Assembly (NCBI GenBank): GCA_963836075.1
Contig: CAWIIB010000001.1
Location: 608,001 to 672,000, forward strand
From: an uncultured Acidobacteriota bacterium
GTDB lineage: Bacteria > Acidobacteriota > JAQAZP01
Direction of reading: 5' to 3'
Length of the DNA: 64,000 nt
In this document: positions 63,594-64,000 of the stretch, one piece after another
Numbering within the stretch: position 1 is the stretch's first letter
Layout: every line of letters begins with the position of its first letter
The notes under the pieces: generated by a model
What the model was told of the DNA's origin: nothing
What the model saw: only the letters and a program-made list of their open reading frames with translations
Database searches by the model: none
Program-made: the position numbers and the translations under genes

Positions 63594-64000
63594 TCAACGG
63601 CCCTGCTTCTGCAGCCGGACCAGCCTCCGGGAATAGAGGATCAGGCCGACCCAGAGCAGCAGGATCACCCCGCTGGCCGGCAGGGTGGCGTTGTAGGCCA
63701 GCAGGAAGAAGTCGTAGAGGCCGTGGGCGGCCATGGCCAGACCCAGGGTCGCCAGCTGCCAGAGCAGACGGGCGGTACGGGTGCGGCTGACCAGCAGGGC
63801 GTGGGCCGTGCCAAAACCCCAGATGGCGGCGAAGAGGGTGTGGGTCAGCGGCGAAGTGACGGCCCGGGCCAACTGGTGGGGCCAGGGCAGCAGTTGGGAG
63901 TAAAGCAGGTTCTCCACCGTGGCAAAGCCGATGGCCACGGCGCCGGCATAGACCATGCCGTCGATGCGCTCGTCGAAATGGCGCCAGCGGAAGACCAGGG
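63594..64000 (-). CDS. PrsW-family intramembrane metalloprotease (5' end outside window)
   Basis: FDERIDGMVY, GFATVEN, THTLF, HGLYD. Confidence 0.8.
   Translation of the reverse strand, partial: LVFRWRHFDERIDGMVYAGAVAIGFATVENLLYSQLLPWPHQLARAVTSPLTHTLFAAIWGFGTAHALLVSRTRTARLLWQLATLGLAMAAHGLYDFFLLAYNATLPASGVILLLWVGLILYSRRLVRLQKQGR

Overview
GC-rich bacterial chromosome segment; the gene content suggests a diderm such as an Acidobacteriota- or Deltaproteobacteria-like lineage, but taxonomy is not certain. It is mostly housekeeping: pgsA-DUF502-cinA-thpR-plsY-gpsA, alaS, hrcA-grpE-dnaK-dnaJ-prmA-elbB-rsmE, pilT-recX, tRNA-Gly(CCC), iscS-mnmA, hisS, apgM, ilvE and MocR-pdxS-pdxT. Interspersed is a modular secretome: five secreted proteins with unrelated passengers (parallel beta-helices or PQQ sugar-dehydrogenase propellers) all end in the same ~330-aa six-bladed FG-GAP-like propeller, and a sixth paralog swaps it for a different C-terminal domain. 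The three-gene beta-helix cluster between recX and alaS is bounded by an orphan tRNA 3' end (att-like scar) and a 6-bp direct repeat. A 166-bp hairpin MITE-like element with CTAG at both ends supplies the stop codons of two convergent genes. Several candidate operators are visible. Many single-base frameshifts, including one in essential alaS, suggest long-read assembly errors, so pseudogene calls are uncertain. No CRISPR array, integrase, transposase or reverse transcriptase was seen.
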